The notes under the pieces are model-generated. The model saw only the letters and a list, made by a program, of their open reading frames with translations, did no database searches and was not told the origin of the DNA. Below, piece after piece: positions 1 through 10,537 of a DNA stretch of 64,000 bases. The position numbers and the translations under genes were made by a program. This DNA is from Betaproteobacteria bacterium (GTDB lineage: Bacteria; Pseudomonadota; Gammaproteobacteria; Burkholderiales; SG8-41). The first letter of the stretch is position 1; each line of letters opens with the position of its first letter. The stretch covers positions 5,980-69,979 of the forward strand of contig CANJQI010000003.1 in assembly GCA_947476215.1 (NCBI GenBank), given 5' to 3'.

Positions 1-846
1 GCCGTTTTCGCGGATCATGGGCTTGACCAGGCGGTCCGAGGCATTCAGGCCTTCGTACGCGAAACGATCCTTGTCCGACAACCAGCACTCGTTGATGGCG
101 TCGTTCTCGCGCGGCAACACGCGCATCACGCGATTCTGTTTGACCTGCACCGTGAGATTGGACCCCAGGCCGCAATGCGGGCTCACCGACGAATGGCGCG
201 TCAGTTCCCAGGTGCGGGCGCTGTAGCGGAATGGCTTCGACGTAAGCGCCCCCACAGGACACAGGTCGATCACGTTGCCGGACAATTCGGAATCGACCGT
301 TTTACCGACGAAGGCAATGATTTCCGCATGCTCGCCGCGCCCTATCATGCCCAACTCCATGATGCCGGCGATTTCCTCGCCGAAACGCACGCATCGCGTG
401 CAGTGTATGCATCGCGTCATGTCGGTCGAGATCAACGGGCCCAGATTCTTGTTGTTGACCACGCGTTTGGGCTCTTCGTAGCGCGAGCCGCTGCCGCCGT
501 AGCCCATAGCCAGATCCTGCAACTGGCATTCGCCCCCCTGATCGCAGATCGGGCAGTCGAGCGGATGATTGATGAGCAGAAACTCCATCACGCCTTTTTG
601 CGCGTTGATTGCCTGCTCGGAATGCGTGAACACCTTCATGCCGTTGGTAACCGGTGTCGCGCACGCAGGCAGCGGTTTGGGCGCCTTGTCCACGTGCACC
701 AGGCACATGCGGCAATTGGCCGCTATCGACAGCTTCTTGTGGTAGCAGAAATGCGGCACATAGACGCCAGCCTGATTGGTGGCATCCATCACGGTGCTGC
801 CGTCAGGCACCTCGAGTTTGCGGCCGTCTATTTCAATCTCAAGCAT
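1..846 (-). CDS. nuoG: NADH-quinone oxidoreductase subunit G, N-terminal part (gene continues beyond left edge)
   Basis: Minus-strand ATG at 844-846 reads MLEIEIDGRKLEVPDGSTVMDATNQAGVYVPHFCYHKKLSIAANCRMCLVHVDKAPKPLPACATPV..., the typical 2Fe-2S/4Fe-4S N-terminus of NuoG. It lies directly downstream of nuoF. It is absent from the ORF track only because no stop lies in the window. Confidence 0.9.
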   Translation of the reverse strand, partial: MLEIEIDGRKLEVPDGSTVMDATNQAGVYVPHFCYHKKLSIAANCRMCLVHVDKAPKPLPACATPVTNGMKVFTHSEQAINAQKGVMEFLLINHPLDCPICDQGGECQLQDLAMGYGGSGSRYEEPKRVVNNKNLGPLISTDMTRCIHCTRCVRFGEEIAGIMELGMIGRGEHAEIIAFVGKTVDSELSGNVIDLCPVGALTSKPFRYSARTWELTRHSSVSPHCGLGSNLTVQVKQNRVMRVLPRENDAINECWLSDKDRFAYEGLNASDRLVKPMIRENG

Positions 847-858
847 GGTTCGTCGGCA

Positions 859-2172
859 TCAGATGTAAGTGGGCACCACACACTGCTTGTGGTCTATGTG
901 GTGCTGGAACTCATCACGATAGTGTTTGATAAATGCACGCACCGGCATCGCTGCCGCGTCGCCCAAGGCGCAGATCGTGCGGCCCTGAATATTGTCGGCG
1001 ACGCTGTTCAAAAGATCGAGGTCTTCCGGCTTGCCCTTGCCGTGCTCGATGCGATCGACCATGCGATATAGCCAGCCCGTGCCTTCGCGACATGGCGTGC
1101 ACTGGCCGCACGATTCCTCGTAGTAGAAATAGGACAGGCGCAGCAAACTCTTGACCATGCAGCGCGTCTCGTCCATCACGATTACGGCACCCGAGCCCAG
1201 CATGGAACCCGCCTTTGCAATCGAATCGTAATCCATGTCGGTCGCCATCATGATATCCGCGGGCAGCACCGGCATCGAGGAGCCGCCGGGAATGACGGCT
1301 TTGAGTTTCTTGCCGTCGCGCATGCCCCCGGCCATTTCGAGCAGTTTTGCGAACGGCGTCCCCAGCTTCACCTCATAGTTGCCCGGCCGCGCGACATCGC
1401 CCGACACCGAAAAAATCTTGGTGCCGCCGTTATTGGGTTTGCCCAAGGCTAGGAAAGCGTCGCCGCCGTTGTTGATGATCCATGGCACCGCCGCGAACGT
1501 CTCGGTGTTGTTGATCGTGGTCGGTTTTCCGTAAAGGCCGAAGCTGGCCGGAAACGGCGGTTTGAATCGCGGCTGGCCCTTTTTGCCTTCGAGCGATTCG
1601 AGCAGCGCTGTTTCCTCGCCGCAGATGTAAGCACCCCAGCCATGATGATTGTGGAGTTCGAAGTTGAATTCAGAACCCAGTATCTTCTTGCCGATGAAGC
1701 TCGCGGCGCGCGCTTCGGCGAGCGCCTCTTCCATGCGCTCGAACACGTCCCATATCTCGCCGTGTATATAGTTGTAACCGACCGGGATGCCCATCGCGTA
1801 AGCGCCTATCGCCATGCCCTCGATGAGGATATGCGGGTTGTAGCGCATGATGTCGCGATCCTTGAAGGTGCCGGGCTCGCCCTCGTCGGAATTGCAAACC
1901 AGATACTTGGCGCCGGGATACTGGCGCGGCATGAAACTCCACTTCAGACCGGTCGGGAAACCCGCGCCGCCACGCCCGCGCAACGCCGACTTCTTGAGTT
2001 CCGCAACGACCTGTTCCGGCGGAATCTTTTCGCTGAGTATCTTCTTCAACGCCGAGTATCCGCCGCGCGACAGGTAATCCTGCAGGCGCCAGTTGGCCCC
2101 GGTGATGCCTTTCATGATGACGGCATCGGGCCCGTACATATCACCCGCGAAAGGCGCGACTGGCAGGCCCAT
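859..2172 (-). CDS. nuoF: NADH-quinone oxidoreductase subunit F (FMN/NADH-binding)
   Basis: 437-aa ORF with [10 protein letters not shown] and [13 protein letters not shown] motifs. The ATG overlaps the nuoE stop (TAATG). Confidence 0.95.
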   Translation of the reverse strand: MGLPVAPFAGDMYGPDAVIMKGITGANWRLQDYLSRGGYSALKKILSEKIPPEQVVAELKKSALRGRGGAGFPTGLKWSFMPRQYPGAKYLVCNSDEGEPGTFKDRDIMRYNPHILIEGMAIGAYAMGIPVGYNYIHGEIWDVFERMEEALAEARAASFIGKKILGSEFNFELHNHHGWGAYICGEETALLESLEGKKGQPRFKPPFPASFGLYGKPTTINNTETFAAVPWIINNGGDAFLALGKPNNGGTKIFSVSGDVARPGNYEVKLGTPFAKLLEMAGGMRDGKKLKAVIPGGSSMPVLPADIMMATDMDYDSIAKAGSMLGSGAVIVMDETRCMVKSLLRLSYFYYEESCGQCTPCREGTGWLYRMVDRIEHGKGKPEDLDLLNSVADNIQGRTICALGDAAAMPVRAFIKHYRDEFQHHIDHKQCVVPTYI

Positions 2173-2660
2173 TATTTCATCTCCTCGATGAGTTTATCGA
2201 GCTTGTCCGGGCTCATCGCGCACGCCATGCGCTTGTTGTTGACGAGCAGCACCGGTGCGTCGCCACACGCGCCCAAGCACTCGGCCTCCTTCAGCGTGAA
2301 CGCGCCATCGGCGGTGGTCTCGCCAAACTCGATGCCCAGTTTCTGCTTGAGATACGCCGCCGCCACGGTTGCTCCCTGTAATGCACATGGAAGATTGGTG
2401 CAGATGGCGAGCTTGCATTTGCCGACCGGCTTCCGATCGTACATCGTATAGAACGTCGCCACTTCGTACACGGCGACCGGCGCCATCTCCAGGTACTGCG
2501 CAATGCAGTCCATGGTTTCGGTCGACAGCCAGCCTTTTTCGTCCTGCGCGATGGTCAGTGCAGCCATCACGGCGGAGCGCTTCTGGTCGGGCGGGTACTT
2601 GGCCACCGCCTGATCGATGCGGGCGAGCGATGCCGCGCTGAGGACGGACGAAGCGCTCAT
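2172..2660 (-). CDS. nuoE: NADH-quinone oxidoreductase subunit E (2Fe-2S)
   Basis: 162-aa ORF with the [10 protein letters not shown] ... [10 protein letters not shown] cysteine pattern. Operon position is between nuoD and nuoF. Confidence 0.95.
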   Translation of the reverse strand: MSASSVLSAASLARIDQAVAKYPPDQKRSAVMAALTIAQDEKGWLSTETMDCIAQYLEMAPVAVYEVATFYTMYDRKPVGKCKLAICTNLPCALQGATVAAAYLKQKLGIEFGETTADGAFTLKEAECLGACGDAPVLLVNNKRMACAMSPDKLDKLIEEMK

Positions 2661-3910
2661 CGGTCGATTTCCCCGAACACTATGTCCTGCGTCCCGATGA
2701 TGGTCACCACGTCGGCTATCATGTGCCCGCGCACCATTTCGTCGAGCGCGGCGAGGTGCGGATAGCCGGGCGCGCGTATCTTGACGCGATACGGCTTGTT
2801 GGCGCCATCCGAAACCAGATAGATGCCGAACTCACCCTTGGGATGCTCGACCGCCGCGTAGGCTTCGCCGGGCGGCACGTGCATGCCCTCGGTGAACAGC
2901 TTGAAGTGATGGATCAGTTCTTCCATGTTCTGCTTCATCGCTACGCGCGAGGGCGGAGCGACCTTGTGACTATCGCTCATCACCGGGCCGGGGTTGTCGC
3001 GCAGCCACTGCACGCACTGCTTGATGATGTGGTTGGACTGGCGCATTTCCTCGATACGCACCAGATAGCGGTCATAGCAATCGCCGTTCACGCCGACCGG
3101 GATGTCGAACTGCATGCGGTCATAAACTTCATACGGCTGCTTCTTGCGCAAATCCCACTCTATGCCCGAACCGCGCAGCATAGGCCCCGAAAAACCCAGC
3201 GCCCGGGCGCGCTCCGGGGACACCACGCCGATACCGACCGTGCGCTGCTTCCAGATGCGATTGTCGGTGAGCAGCGTTTCGTACTCATCGACATAGGTCG
3301 GGAAACGGCGCGTGAAGTCATCGATGAAATCGAGCAGCGAGCCCTGGCGGTTTGTATTCATGTCGCTGACCGCGGCGGCATTATGTATGCGCGATGCCGA
3401 GTACTGCGGCATTTTGGCCGGCAAGTCGCGATACACGCCACCCGGGCGGTAATACGCGGCATGCATGCGCGCGCCCGACACCGCCTCGTAACAGTCCATC
3501 AGGTCTTCGCGTTCACGGAAACAGTACAGAAATACGGTCATTGCCCCGACATCCAGCGCGTGCGCACCCAGCCACAGACAATGGTTCAGCACACGCGTGA
3601 TCTCGTCGAACATCACGCGGATATATTGCGCGCGCAGCGGCACTTCCATGCCCAGCAGCTTCTCGATCGCCATGACATACGCGTGCTCGTTGCACATCAT
3701 CGACACGTAGTCGAGGCGGTCCATGTACGGCAGTGCCTGTATGAATGTGCGGTGCTCGGCGAGCTTTTCGGTGGCGCGATGCAGCAATCCTATGTGCGGA
3801 TCCGCGCGCTCGATCACCTCACCGTCAAGTTCAAGCACGAGGCGCAGCACACCATGGGCCGCCGGATGCTGGGGCCCAAAGTTCATGGTGTAATTGCGAA
3901 TTTCCGCCAT
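2657..3910 (-). CDS. nuoD: NADH-quinone oxidoreductase subunit D
   Basis: 417-aa [19 protein letters not shown]... and C-terminal DIVFGEIDR, classic NuoD. 4-nt overlap with nuoE. Confidence 0.95.
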   Translation of the reverse strand: MAEIRNYTMNFGPQHPAAHGVLRLVLELDGEVIERADPHIGLLHRATEKLAEHRTFIQALPYMDRLDYVSMMCNEHAYVMAIEKLLGMEVPLRAQYIRVMFDEITRVLNHCLWLGAHALDVGAMTVFLYCFREREDLMDCYEAVSGARMHAAYYRPGGVYRDLPAKMPQYSASRIHNAAAVSDMNTNRQGSLLDFIDDFTRRFPTYVDEYETLLTDNRIWKQRTVGIGVVSPERARALGFSGPMLRGSGIEWDLRKKQPYEVYDRMQFDIPVGVNGDCYDRYLVRIEEMRQSNHIIKQCVQWLRDNPGPVMSDSHKVAPPSRVAMKQNMEELIHHFKLFTEGMHVPPGEAYAAVEHPKGEFGIYLVSDGANKPYRVKIRAPGYPHLAALDEMVRGHMIADVVTIIGTQDIVFGEIDR

Positions 3911-3912
3911 TA

Positions 3913-4527
3913 TTAACCTTTGCGAAAGCCTTCGCTGTCGGCGTAGTGCTGTTCGCGCACGATGCGCGGAACGATCTCGCGCGGCTCAATTGTGACGGGC
4001 TGATAGATCACGCGCTGCTGATCCGGATCGTAACGCATTTCCACGTTGCCTGAGATTGGAAAATCCTTGCGAAACGGGTGACCGATGAATCCGTAGTCGG
4101 TGAGCAGTCGGCGCAGGTCGTTGTGACCGTCAAACACGATGCCGAACAGGTCAAAGGCCTCGCGCTCAAACCAGTTTGCGGACGGCCACACATCAAGCAC
4201 GGAATCGACAACCGGGAAATCGTCCTGTGCGCAGTACACGCGCACGCGCAAGCGCCGGTTATGCGCCAGGCTCAGCAGATGGTAGACAACCGCGAACCGC
4301 AGTCCTACACGCGTCCCGCCACCATAGGTGCTGTAATCGACGCCGCACAGGTCCATCAACTGCTCAAAACGGAACGATTCATAATCGCGCAGCATCGTCA
4401 TGACGTCGCGCAGATTGCCCGCCGCAACGACCAGCGTTACCTCGCCGAGCGCCTCGTCGACCGACATCGCCCTGTCGCCCAGCGTGGCTCGCAAAGCGTC
4501 GACAAGTGCTTGATTATGCGTGGACAT
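3913..4527 (-). CDS. nuoC: NADH-quinone oxidoreductase subunit C
   Basis: 204-aa ORF with ...[40 protein letters not shown], conserved NuoC core. Confidence 0.93.
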   Translation of the reverse strand: MSTHNQALVDALRATLGDRAMSVDEALGEVTLVVAAGNLRDVMTMLRDYESFRFEQLMDLCGVDYSTYGGGTRVGLRFAVVYHLLSLAHNRRLRVRVYCAQDDFPVVDSVLDVWPSANWFEREAFDLFGIVFDGHNDLRRLLTDYGFIGHPFRKDFPISGNVEMRYDPDQQRVIYQPVTIEPREIVPRIVREQHYADSEGFRKG

Positions 4528-5004
4528 TTATCGTGCTATGGTGTTGGTGCGCTTGATCTTGTTCTGCAACTGGATAATGCCGTAGAGCAGCGCTTCGGCG
4601 GTCGGCGGGCATCCCGGCACGTAGATGTCCACCGGCACGATGCGGTCACAACCGCGCACCACGGAATACGAGTAATGATAGTAACCGCCGCCGTTGGCGC
4701 ACGATCCCATAGAAATCACCCAGCGCGGCTCCGCCATCTGGTCATAGACCTTGCGCAACGCCGGCGCCATCTTGTTGCACAGCGTGCCGGCAACGATCAT
4801 CACGTCCGACTGGCGCGGGCTCGGGCGAAACACGATGCCGAAACGGTCAAGATCGTAGCGCGACGCACCGGCATGCATCATCTCCACGGCGCAGCAGGCG
4901 AGGCCGAATGACATGGGCCACATCGAACCGGTGCGAGTCCAGTTGATCAGCGTATCCACGCTGGTCACCACAAAGCCCTTGTCCATGACACCACCGTCAG
5001 CCAT
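4528..5004 (-). CDS. nuoB: NADH-quinone oxidoreductase subunit B
   Basis: 158-aa ORF with [10 protein letters not shown], ...[11 protein letters not shown]..., VPGCPP motifs (N2 cluster ligands). Confidence 0.95.
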   Translation of the reverse strand: MADGGVMDKGFVVTSVDTLINWTRTGSMWPMSFGLACCAVEMMHAGASRYDLDRFGIVFRPSPRQSDVMIVAGTLCNKMAPALRKVYDQMAEPRWVISMGSCANGGGYYHYSYSVVRGCDRIVPVDIYVPGCPPTAEALLYGIIQLQNKIKRTNTIAR

Positions 5005-5022
5005 TGCCCACCTCCGCGGCGC

Positions 5023-5403
5023 TTAATCCCATTCTAGGGCGCCCTTCTTCCACTCGTAGATAAATCCTACGACGAGTATGGCAAGAAACAGCACCATGGA
5101 CAGAAAAAAGAACGGCCCGACCACATTCGACATTTCGCCCAGCACAATCGCCCAGGGAAACAAAAACGCGATTTCGAGATCGAACAAAATGAACAGGATA
5201 GCCACGAGATAGTAGCGAACATCGAACTTCATGCGCGCGTCCTCGAATGCCTCGAAGCCGCACTCGTAGGGCGAAAGCTTTTCGCTGTCGGGTCGATGCA
5301 CGCCGAGTAGCCGGCTCACGCCGCTGCCCAGAGCAATAGGCGCCAATCCGGCGACCGCACCGACGATGATAAACAGCAGGATCGGAAAATAATTCTCTAG
5401 CAT
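5023..5403 (-). CDS. nuoA: NADH-quinone oxidoreductase subunit A
   Basis: 126-aa, 3-TM ORF with ...[37 protein letters not shown]... It is the first gene of the nuo operon. Confidence 0.93.
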   Translation of the reverse strand: MLENYFPILLFIIVGAVAGLAPIALGSGVSRLLGVHRPDSEKLSPYECGFEAFEDARMKFDVRYYLVAILFILFDLEIAFLFPWAIVLGEMSNVVGPFFFLSMVLFLAILVVGFIYEWKKGALEWD

Positions 5404-5633
5404 GGGGTTGCGGGATCAAATATGCCGAAAAGGTTCACGTCATGGATTCATCCATGGCTGCAATTATAGCATTACAGCAGACCATCGCGCGCCTCGAAAA
5501 CGGCAGCGAACAGAACCCACGCTTTCTTCAGCTACATGAGCGTGGGCTATTCGACACTGAACCAGGAACATGCAGTTGCGTTTTCCTCAGTTACGCACCA
5601 CGCCACCTGGAACTTTCGTGAAGGAGATTTGAC

Positions 5634-5807
5634 ATGACAGCACTTACGGTTCACTTACCCGATGACAAAAACCGCTCAATCGTCTGATAGATGACTACGC
5701 TGATGTTGGCAGAGTTCGATGCGGAAACACGCTTTCGCCTGCGCGCAAAACGTGGTTCCGGGAAATCTGAGCGTGGTTTGGCTTTACTGGAAAAAGCAGC
5801 GGGCTGA
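5634..5807 (+). pseudogene. Decayed ribbon-helix-helix (CopG/Arc-type) antitoxin gene with tandem in-frame stops and an internal deletion
   Basis: Strong SD (AAGGAGatttgacATG). Reads MTALTVHLPDDKNRSIV-TGA-TAG-MTTLMLAEFDAETRFRLRAKRGSGKSERGLALLEKAAG. The N-terminus (T.hLPDD) and C-terminus (AEFDAETRFRLRA..GS..ERGLALL) resemble RHH antitoxins, but the helix-helix core is missing. No toxin partner is present. Confidence 0.55.
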
Positions 5808-5811
5808 GATA

Positions 5812-5885
5812 GGGCGAGAGCTGTTCGCTGCCGGGGCGATGCACGACGGGCAGCCGCCTCATGCCGCTGCCCAAGGCCACCGCTG
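5812..5885 (-). pseudogene. Internal fragment of a second nuoA copy (approx. codons 24-46)
   Basis: DNA at 5812-5885 aligns to nuoA at 5270-5340 by eye (agggcgagagctgttcgctgccggggcgatgcacgacggg... vs agggcgaaagcttttcgctgtcgggtcgatgcacgccgag...). It translates to ALGSGMRRLPVVHRPGSEQLSPY versus genuine [23 protein letters not shown]. Homology stops on both sides. Confidence 0.7.
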
Positions 5886-6599
5886 ATACTCATCGCACAG
5901 CCGCTTCCGCATCCCGCAGAACAGGTTCACGTCGCCACCCAGACGAAAATGTGCTTCGGTGGAATCGATGCCTGCAATTTCCGGCCACCCGCCCGGCACG
6001 TTCGTTTGCGCCTGGGCAACCGGTAGATGAACCGCAATCTGTCATGCGTTCCTCGCGTGATAATGAACAGTGCACAGCAATCCAGCCACATCGAAGGGTT
6101 TGCGAATGAAATCAACCATGCCTGCTTCACGGGTTCTATCTTGCTCGTCAGCGAGCACGCCGGCGGTAAGCGCGATGACGGGCAAGTGTGTCAGACCCAG
6201 CTCGCCGTGTATGCATCGCGTGGCCTCAATGCCATCGAGCACCGGCATTTGCACGTCCATCAGTACGACGTCGACAGCCGCCGGGTGAGCGCGCAAGTAC
6301 TCGACCGCCTCCAGCCCATGCGCTGCCACGGAAACCTGCGCACCTGCCGGCAAAAGCAGGCGCCTGGCCACTTCCAGATTGATGTCGCTGTCGTCCACGA
6401 CGAGCACACGCACGCCGTCCAACGCAAGGCCTTGCGCTGCTGATGTGACGGGTGTCCCGCCTGCCATTTCCAGCGCGCTGATCGAGGTCAGACCGAAGCT
6501 CAATTCGACCCAGAACTCGCTACCGGCCGCCCAGTCGAAGCAGTTCGTTGCCTGCTTCGCTGAACTCCAGGTTATCGACTTGTTCGCACAGGCGCGCAA
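5886..6599 (-). pseudogene. Truncated paralog of the adjacent hybrid histidine kinase (end of HATPase_c, intact REC domain, start of Hpt). The REC part could still be expressed as a stand-alone receiver from M at 6467.
   Basis: ORF 6042-6599 reads ...AAGSEFWVELSFG...VLVVDDSDINLEVARRLL...VLMDVQMPVLDGIEATR...VIALTAGVL...FIRKPFD. It is co-linear with residues ~780-930 of the kinase at 6520-9918 (GVGSEFWAELSFG...VLIVDDSDINLEVAGRIL...). Past the TGA at 6042-6044 the same frame still reads VPGGWPEIAGID..RLGGDVNLFCGMRKRLCDEY, versus VPRRWPEIEGIN..RLGGDVHLFQSMLKRLCNEF in the kinase. Homology then ends at the nuoA fragment. Confidence 0.65.
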
Positions 6600-9500
6600 A
6601 CGCCTCGTGGCCCAGAAGCGTCCGCAGATGCGGTGTTAATTCACTGAAGCGCTGCAGCGCAAGCAGGTTGTTCTGGCAAAGCAAACTTCGCAGTTCGGCC
6701 AGCTTCTCCGGATCGAGCGTGCCCGTGACTTCGATGTCGGGCCCGGTGTCAGGCGCGAGTTTCATTGCTGCCGCGCCCGAGATCGCGTGCCGCAGTCTCG
6801 CCACCGCCGCCGCCAGCAACGCCACGGTTTGGCCTGCCTGCACGAATTCACCGACACGACAGGCTTGCTCCCCTTGTCCGGCGAGATCGCGGATCATCCC
6901 GGCGCCGAGCAGCCCCGCGCTGCCCTTGAGCTTGTGCAGTCGCGCGGCGAGTACGGTGAGCGCTGCAGGATCCGATTCATCCGGCGGCATGCCAATGTCA
7001 CAAAACTCGTTGCACAGCCGCTTCAGCATGGATTGGAAAAGATGCACATCGCCGCCGAGCCTGGCACTGGCCGCCGAGCCGTTGATGCCTTCAATTTCCG
7101 GCCAACGCCGTGGCACCTGCATGATCGGTTTGGCGGTCGGCAGATTAAACGCGGATTGCCGTGCTGACCGGACATGGCGATGCACGGTACGTATCAATTC
7201 TTCGGCATCGAACGGTTTGCTGATGAAGCCATTCATCCCCGCTTCGCGGGTTTGAGCATGTTCACTCGTCAATACGCCGGCCGTAACGGCAATAACCGGC
7301 ATAAGCCTCATTCCAAGATCGTCGCGTATGCGGCGTGTGGCCTCGATACCGTCGAGTTTCGGCATTTGTACGTCCATGAGTACGATGTCGAATGCCATCG
7401 AGGCGGCGCGCAAACACTCGATCGCTTCCAGCCCGTCGGCAGCTGTTGACACGCGGAAGCCGGCTTGCGTCAGGATGCGACCGGCCACTTCGAGGTTGAT
7501 GTCGCTGTCATCGACGATCAGGACCCGCGCACCGTTCGGGATATCTTCGCCGTTATCCGGAATGGCGGGATTCCGGCATGGCATATCCGGCACGACTCGC
7601 GCGGAAGTACCGAAGCTTAGTTCCGCCCAGAACTCGCTGCCGACTCCCGCGGTGCTCGACATACCCAGATTGCCGCCCATCAGGGCTACCAGGCGGCTGA
7701 CGATCGACAGACCGAGGCCGCTGCCGCCGAAACGCCGCGTGGTTGAGTCATCGGCCTGCACAAACGGGGCAAAAATTTTTTCCTGGACCTCCAACGGAAT
7801 ACCGATGCCGCTATCGCGCACGACAAACCGCAGTGTCACGTCATGATCCGAGATTGCAACGGAGCGAACGCCAAGTGTTATTTCCCCTTGTTCCGTAAAC
7901 TTGACGGCATTGCCCAGCAGATTGGTCAGAATTTGACCAAGGCGCGCGCCATCGCCCTCGATAACCGCGGGCAGATCATCGGCAATATCAACAACAAACG
8001 CCAGGCCCTTGCTTTCGGTTTGCACCGAAATCAAGTCGGACAGATCTTTCAACACCGCGAACATGTCAAAAGGCGTTTTTTCGACGGTCAGTTCGCCTGC
8101 TTCTATCCGCGACAGATCAAGCACATCATTGATAATCGCAAGCAGTGATTTGCTGGCAATATGGATCTTGGCGAGGAAACCCGCCTGCTCGTCACTCAGA
8201 TGTGTTTTGCCCAACAGGTATGTAAGGCCCATCACGGCGTTCATCGGGGTGCGTATCTCGTGGCTCATGTTGGCAAGAAACATGCTCTTCGCCAGACTCG
8301 CCTTGCGGGCTTTGTGCATCGCGCTACGCAGCGAGCTTTCGAGCTGTTTCTGACGCGTGACATCGTGCGCGACCCCCAGGTACCCCAACAGCCTGCCATC
8401 GTCGGACTTCATGGCGGTCATCACCAGGGATACGGTGATACGTCCGCCGTCCTTGTGCAGGTAAGTCCACTCCCGCGGCTGTCGCAGTGTGGCCGGCTCG
8501 ATCAATGCGTTGCCATCCGTGATGATGCGGCCAAACTGCGCGGACAGCTCTTCGCCACGCGCGCGCAATTCACCCGTATCGTGTACACGCACAAGCGTCT
8601 CGCGGCCGACCATTTCATCGCTGGTATAGCCAAGCAAGCGCTGGGCGCCGGAGTTGAATACCAGGATCCTGAGTTCCGGGTCGGTGGCGATAATTGACAC
8701 CTCCGACGCGGACTCGAGTACGCTGTGCAGCAATGACGATGTTTCGATGACGCGAATCTCCGAACGCTTGCGGGAGCTGATGTCCGTTCGAATCGAGATG
8801 TATTTCCCGACCTTTCCATCCATGCCCATGAACGGCGCGATGAACGTATCCACCCAGTACAGGGAACCGTCCCTGGCCCGATTGCATACTTCACCGCGCC
8901 ACGGTGTGCCTTTGGAAATCGTACGCCACATGTCGACCCAGAAACCGCGTGCATGGACACCTGAATTGACAATGTTATGACTGCTGCCCAGGAGCTCCGC
9001 GCGCGAGTAACCGCTGATATCGCAGAACGCCATGTTGACATCCGTGATAAGGCCGGCACGATCCGCCACCGAAACAATCGCGTGCATGTTAAGCGTGGTC
9101 AGCAACGCGTTTTTTTCACGTAAAGCCGCTTCCGTTGCCGCGATGCTGCGCGTCAAGGTCGCATTGAATTCGTCCTGGAATATGCGCGCCTGCTGGACCT
9201 GGTCGGCCATCGCGTCGAACGCACTGGCCAGTTGCCCGATTTCATTGTCCCGCGCCAGACTCAACCGCTGCGAGTAGTCGCCGGTAGCGATCATCAGCGC
9301 ACCGTGTTCGATTTTCCGCAACGGCATCAGTATGCGGCGTCTGATCAGGTTCCATGCGAGGAAGATGACGATACTCATCGTCATCGCAATCGACGCAGCC
9401 GCAATGCGCATGCCGTTCCAGCTTTTCGCCAGTTCCATACGCTTGCGGCCCACCATGTCGTACGCCACATCGCTGATTTCGGATGTCAGCAAGGACGCAA

Positions 9501-9918
9501 TCGCACGCGCCTCCAGACCGGAATCAGCCGGGAATGGGCGAAAATCGGCCGCGCCTGCGCTGGTCGCGGACAAAGGTGGCAACCGCGCATAGACTGTTTT
9601 CGCGGTGACAATGTATTGGCGTATACGATCTATGTCGGTAATGTCGGTGAGAGAACCGGTGGGCATATGGTCGAGTTCCGCCAGCATGGCGGAAATCTTG
9701 CGATGCCACTGATCACGTGCGCGGGGCTCGTGAAACAAGTCCGTTTCCATGGCAATCTGGCGCAATTCCGCGGCGCTTCGGATTAGCGCCTCGACAGCGC
9801 TGATTTGCACCTGCACATGCTCGACATCGCGCGCTATCGACACCGCCCAGCCGCATACCAGCGTCAGCACCACGACGGATGCCGTCAGCAGCGCATCAAC
9901 CTGCGAGCGGATTTTCAT
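6520..9918 (-). CDS. Hybrid sensor histidine kinase (2 TM periplasmic sensor-HAMP-PAS-PAS-HisKA-HATPase-REC-Hpt)
   Basis: 1132-aa ORF. H-box MSHEIRTPMNAV, G-boxes DSGIGIP / GGSGLGLSI, receiver VLMDVQMPKLDG...KPF, Hpt HKLKGSAGLLGA. Two hydrophobic segments flank a ~150-aa periplasmic region. Confidence 0.9.
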   Translation of the reverse strand: MKIRSQVDALLTASVVVLTLVCGWAVSIARDVEHVQVQISAVEALIRSAAELRQIAMETDLFHEPRARDQWHRKISAMLAELDHMPTGSLTDITDIDRIRQYIVTAKTVYARLPPLSATSAGAADFRPFPADSGLEARAIASLLTSEISDVAYDMVGRKRMELAKSWNGMRIAAASIAMTMSIVIFLAWNLIRRRILMPLRKIEHGALMIATGDYSQRLSLARDNEIGQLASAFDAMADQVQQARIFQDEFNATLTRSIAATEAALREKNALLTTLNMHAIVSVADRAGLITDVNMAFCDISGYSRAELLGSSHNIVNSGVHARGFWVDMWRTISKGTPWRGEVCNRARDGSLYWVDTFIAPFMGMDGKVGKYISIRTDISSRKRSEIRVIETSSLLHSVLESASEVSIIATDPELRILVFNSGAQRLLGYTSDEMVGRETLVRVHDTGELRARGEELSAQFGRIITDGNALIEPATLRQPREWTYLHKDGGRITVSLVMTAMKSDDGRLLGYLGVAHDVTRQKQLESSLRSAMHKARKASLAKSMFLANMSHEIRTPMNAVMGLTYLLGKTHLSDEQAGFLAKIHIASKSLLAIINDVLDLSRIEAGELTVEKTPFDMFAVLKDLSDLISVQTESKGLAFVVDIADDLPAVIEGDGARLGQILTNLLGNAVKFTEQGEITLGVRSVAISDHDVTLRFVVRDSGIGIPLEVQEKIFAPFVQADDSTTRRFGGSGLGLSIVSRLVALMGGNLGMSSTAGVGSEFWAELSFGTSARVVPDMPCRNPAIPDNGEDIPNGARVLIVDDSDINLEVAGRILTQAGFRVSTAADGLEAIECLRAASMAFDIVLMDVQMPKLDGIEATRRIRDDLGMRLMPVIAVTAGVLTSEHAQTREAGMNGFISKPFDAEELIRTVHRHVRSARQSAFNLPTAKPIMQVPRRWPEIEGINGSAASARLGGDVHLFQSMLKRLCNEFCDIGMPPDESDPAALTVLAARLHKLKGSAGLLGAGMIRDLAGQGEQACRVGEFVQAGQTVALLAAAVARLRHAISGAAAMKLAPDTGPDIEVTGTLDPEKLAELRSLLCQNNLLALQRFSELTPHLRTLLGHEAFARLCEQVDNLEFSEAGNELLRLGGR

Positions 9919-10462
9919 GAAGCTGGTGAGGAATCCTGACAGCCGCGGGCAGGACTGCTTCCAGCGGCTGCGTATTAATGGCCTTCAGATAATTAGGAGC
10001 CGGGCCGGGCGTGACCAGAGCGCGCCCGGCCGCCCAACGGGTCTCATCGTCGAGCGCCAGCAACAGCGCCTGAACAAGCGATATGCGATAGTCGTGCGGA
10101 TCGAATATTTTCCGCATGAGCGCATCATCAACCTTGATTGCCTCGCCCACGAGGCGCCGGCCATTCGCGGGATCGGCGCGTTTCGACTGCTGGGCCGCGA
10201 TGTGTGCGTTCAGAACGCGCTGGACTTCCCGCGGATGCGCATCGATATAGGACGGCTTGCCCACCAGCAGGAAGCGGAAGGCATATACATCCTCACCATA
10301 GATTAACGCACTGTTGATCTGCATGGGCAGGGCAATCGTTACCGGCGACACTTCCTCCAAGGGGGGCGCCTTCGTCCGGCCGGTCATCCACAACGCGGCA
10401 AGTCCGACGACCAGACCCGTCATGGACAGCCATAGGGCGTATTTTCTGAACATTCCACTCAC
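9896..10462 (-). CDS. Membrane-anchored periplasmic protein resembling the C-terminal lobe of NMT1/PhnD-type ABC substrate-binding proteins
   Basis: 188-aa ORF with an N-terminal TM anchor (ALWLSMTGLVVGLAALWM). The rest resembles by eye the second lobe of nitrate/sulfonate/phosphonate-type SBPs. Its 3' end overlaps the kinase start by 23 nt (translational coupling). Confidence 0.5.
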   Translation of the reverse strand: MSGMFRKYALWLSMTGLVVGLAALWMTGRTKAPPLEEVSPVTIALPMQINSALIYGEDVYAFRFLLVGKPSYIDAHPREVQRVLNAHIAAQQSKRADPANGRRLVGEAIKVDDALMRKIFDPHDYRISLVQALLLALDDETRWAAGRALVTPGPAPNYLKAINTQPLEAVLPAAVRIPHQLHENPLAG

Positions 10463-10537
10463 CGCCAGGGTTGATTTATTTTTCAGGTATTTATCTAGCT
10501 TGAACCAGCCTCGGCCGGCGTACGGTTGAGCGCGTTT

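Noticed and set aside
175-1071. 298-aa plus-strand ORF (and several smaller ones) across the nuoG/nuoF region
   Set aside because: It is antisense to well-supported nuoG/nuoF coding sequence. The composition is Arg/Ala/His-rich, typical of GC-rich shadow frames, with no recognisable motifs.
2723-3916. 397-aa plus-strand ORF
   Set aside because: It is an exact mirror of nuoD, i.e. a shadow ORF in a high-GC gene.
5404-5633. Search for a direct repeat of the tRNA-Leu 3' end (att site) at the nuoA-proximal edge of the accessory block
   Set aside because: Only a vague resemblance was found (ctcgaa...cgaacagaaccc). There is nothing convincing by eye, so no att site is claimed.
5651-5893. 80-aa and 61-aa minus-strand ORFs at 5651-5893
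   Set aside because: They are explained as the reading frame of the nuoA fragment plus antisense of the antitoxin pseudogene, not independent genes.
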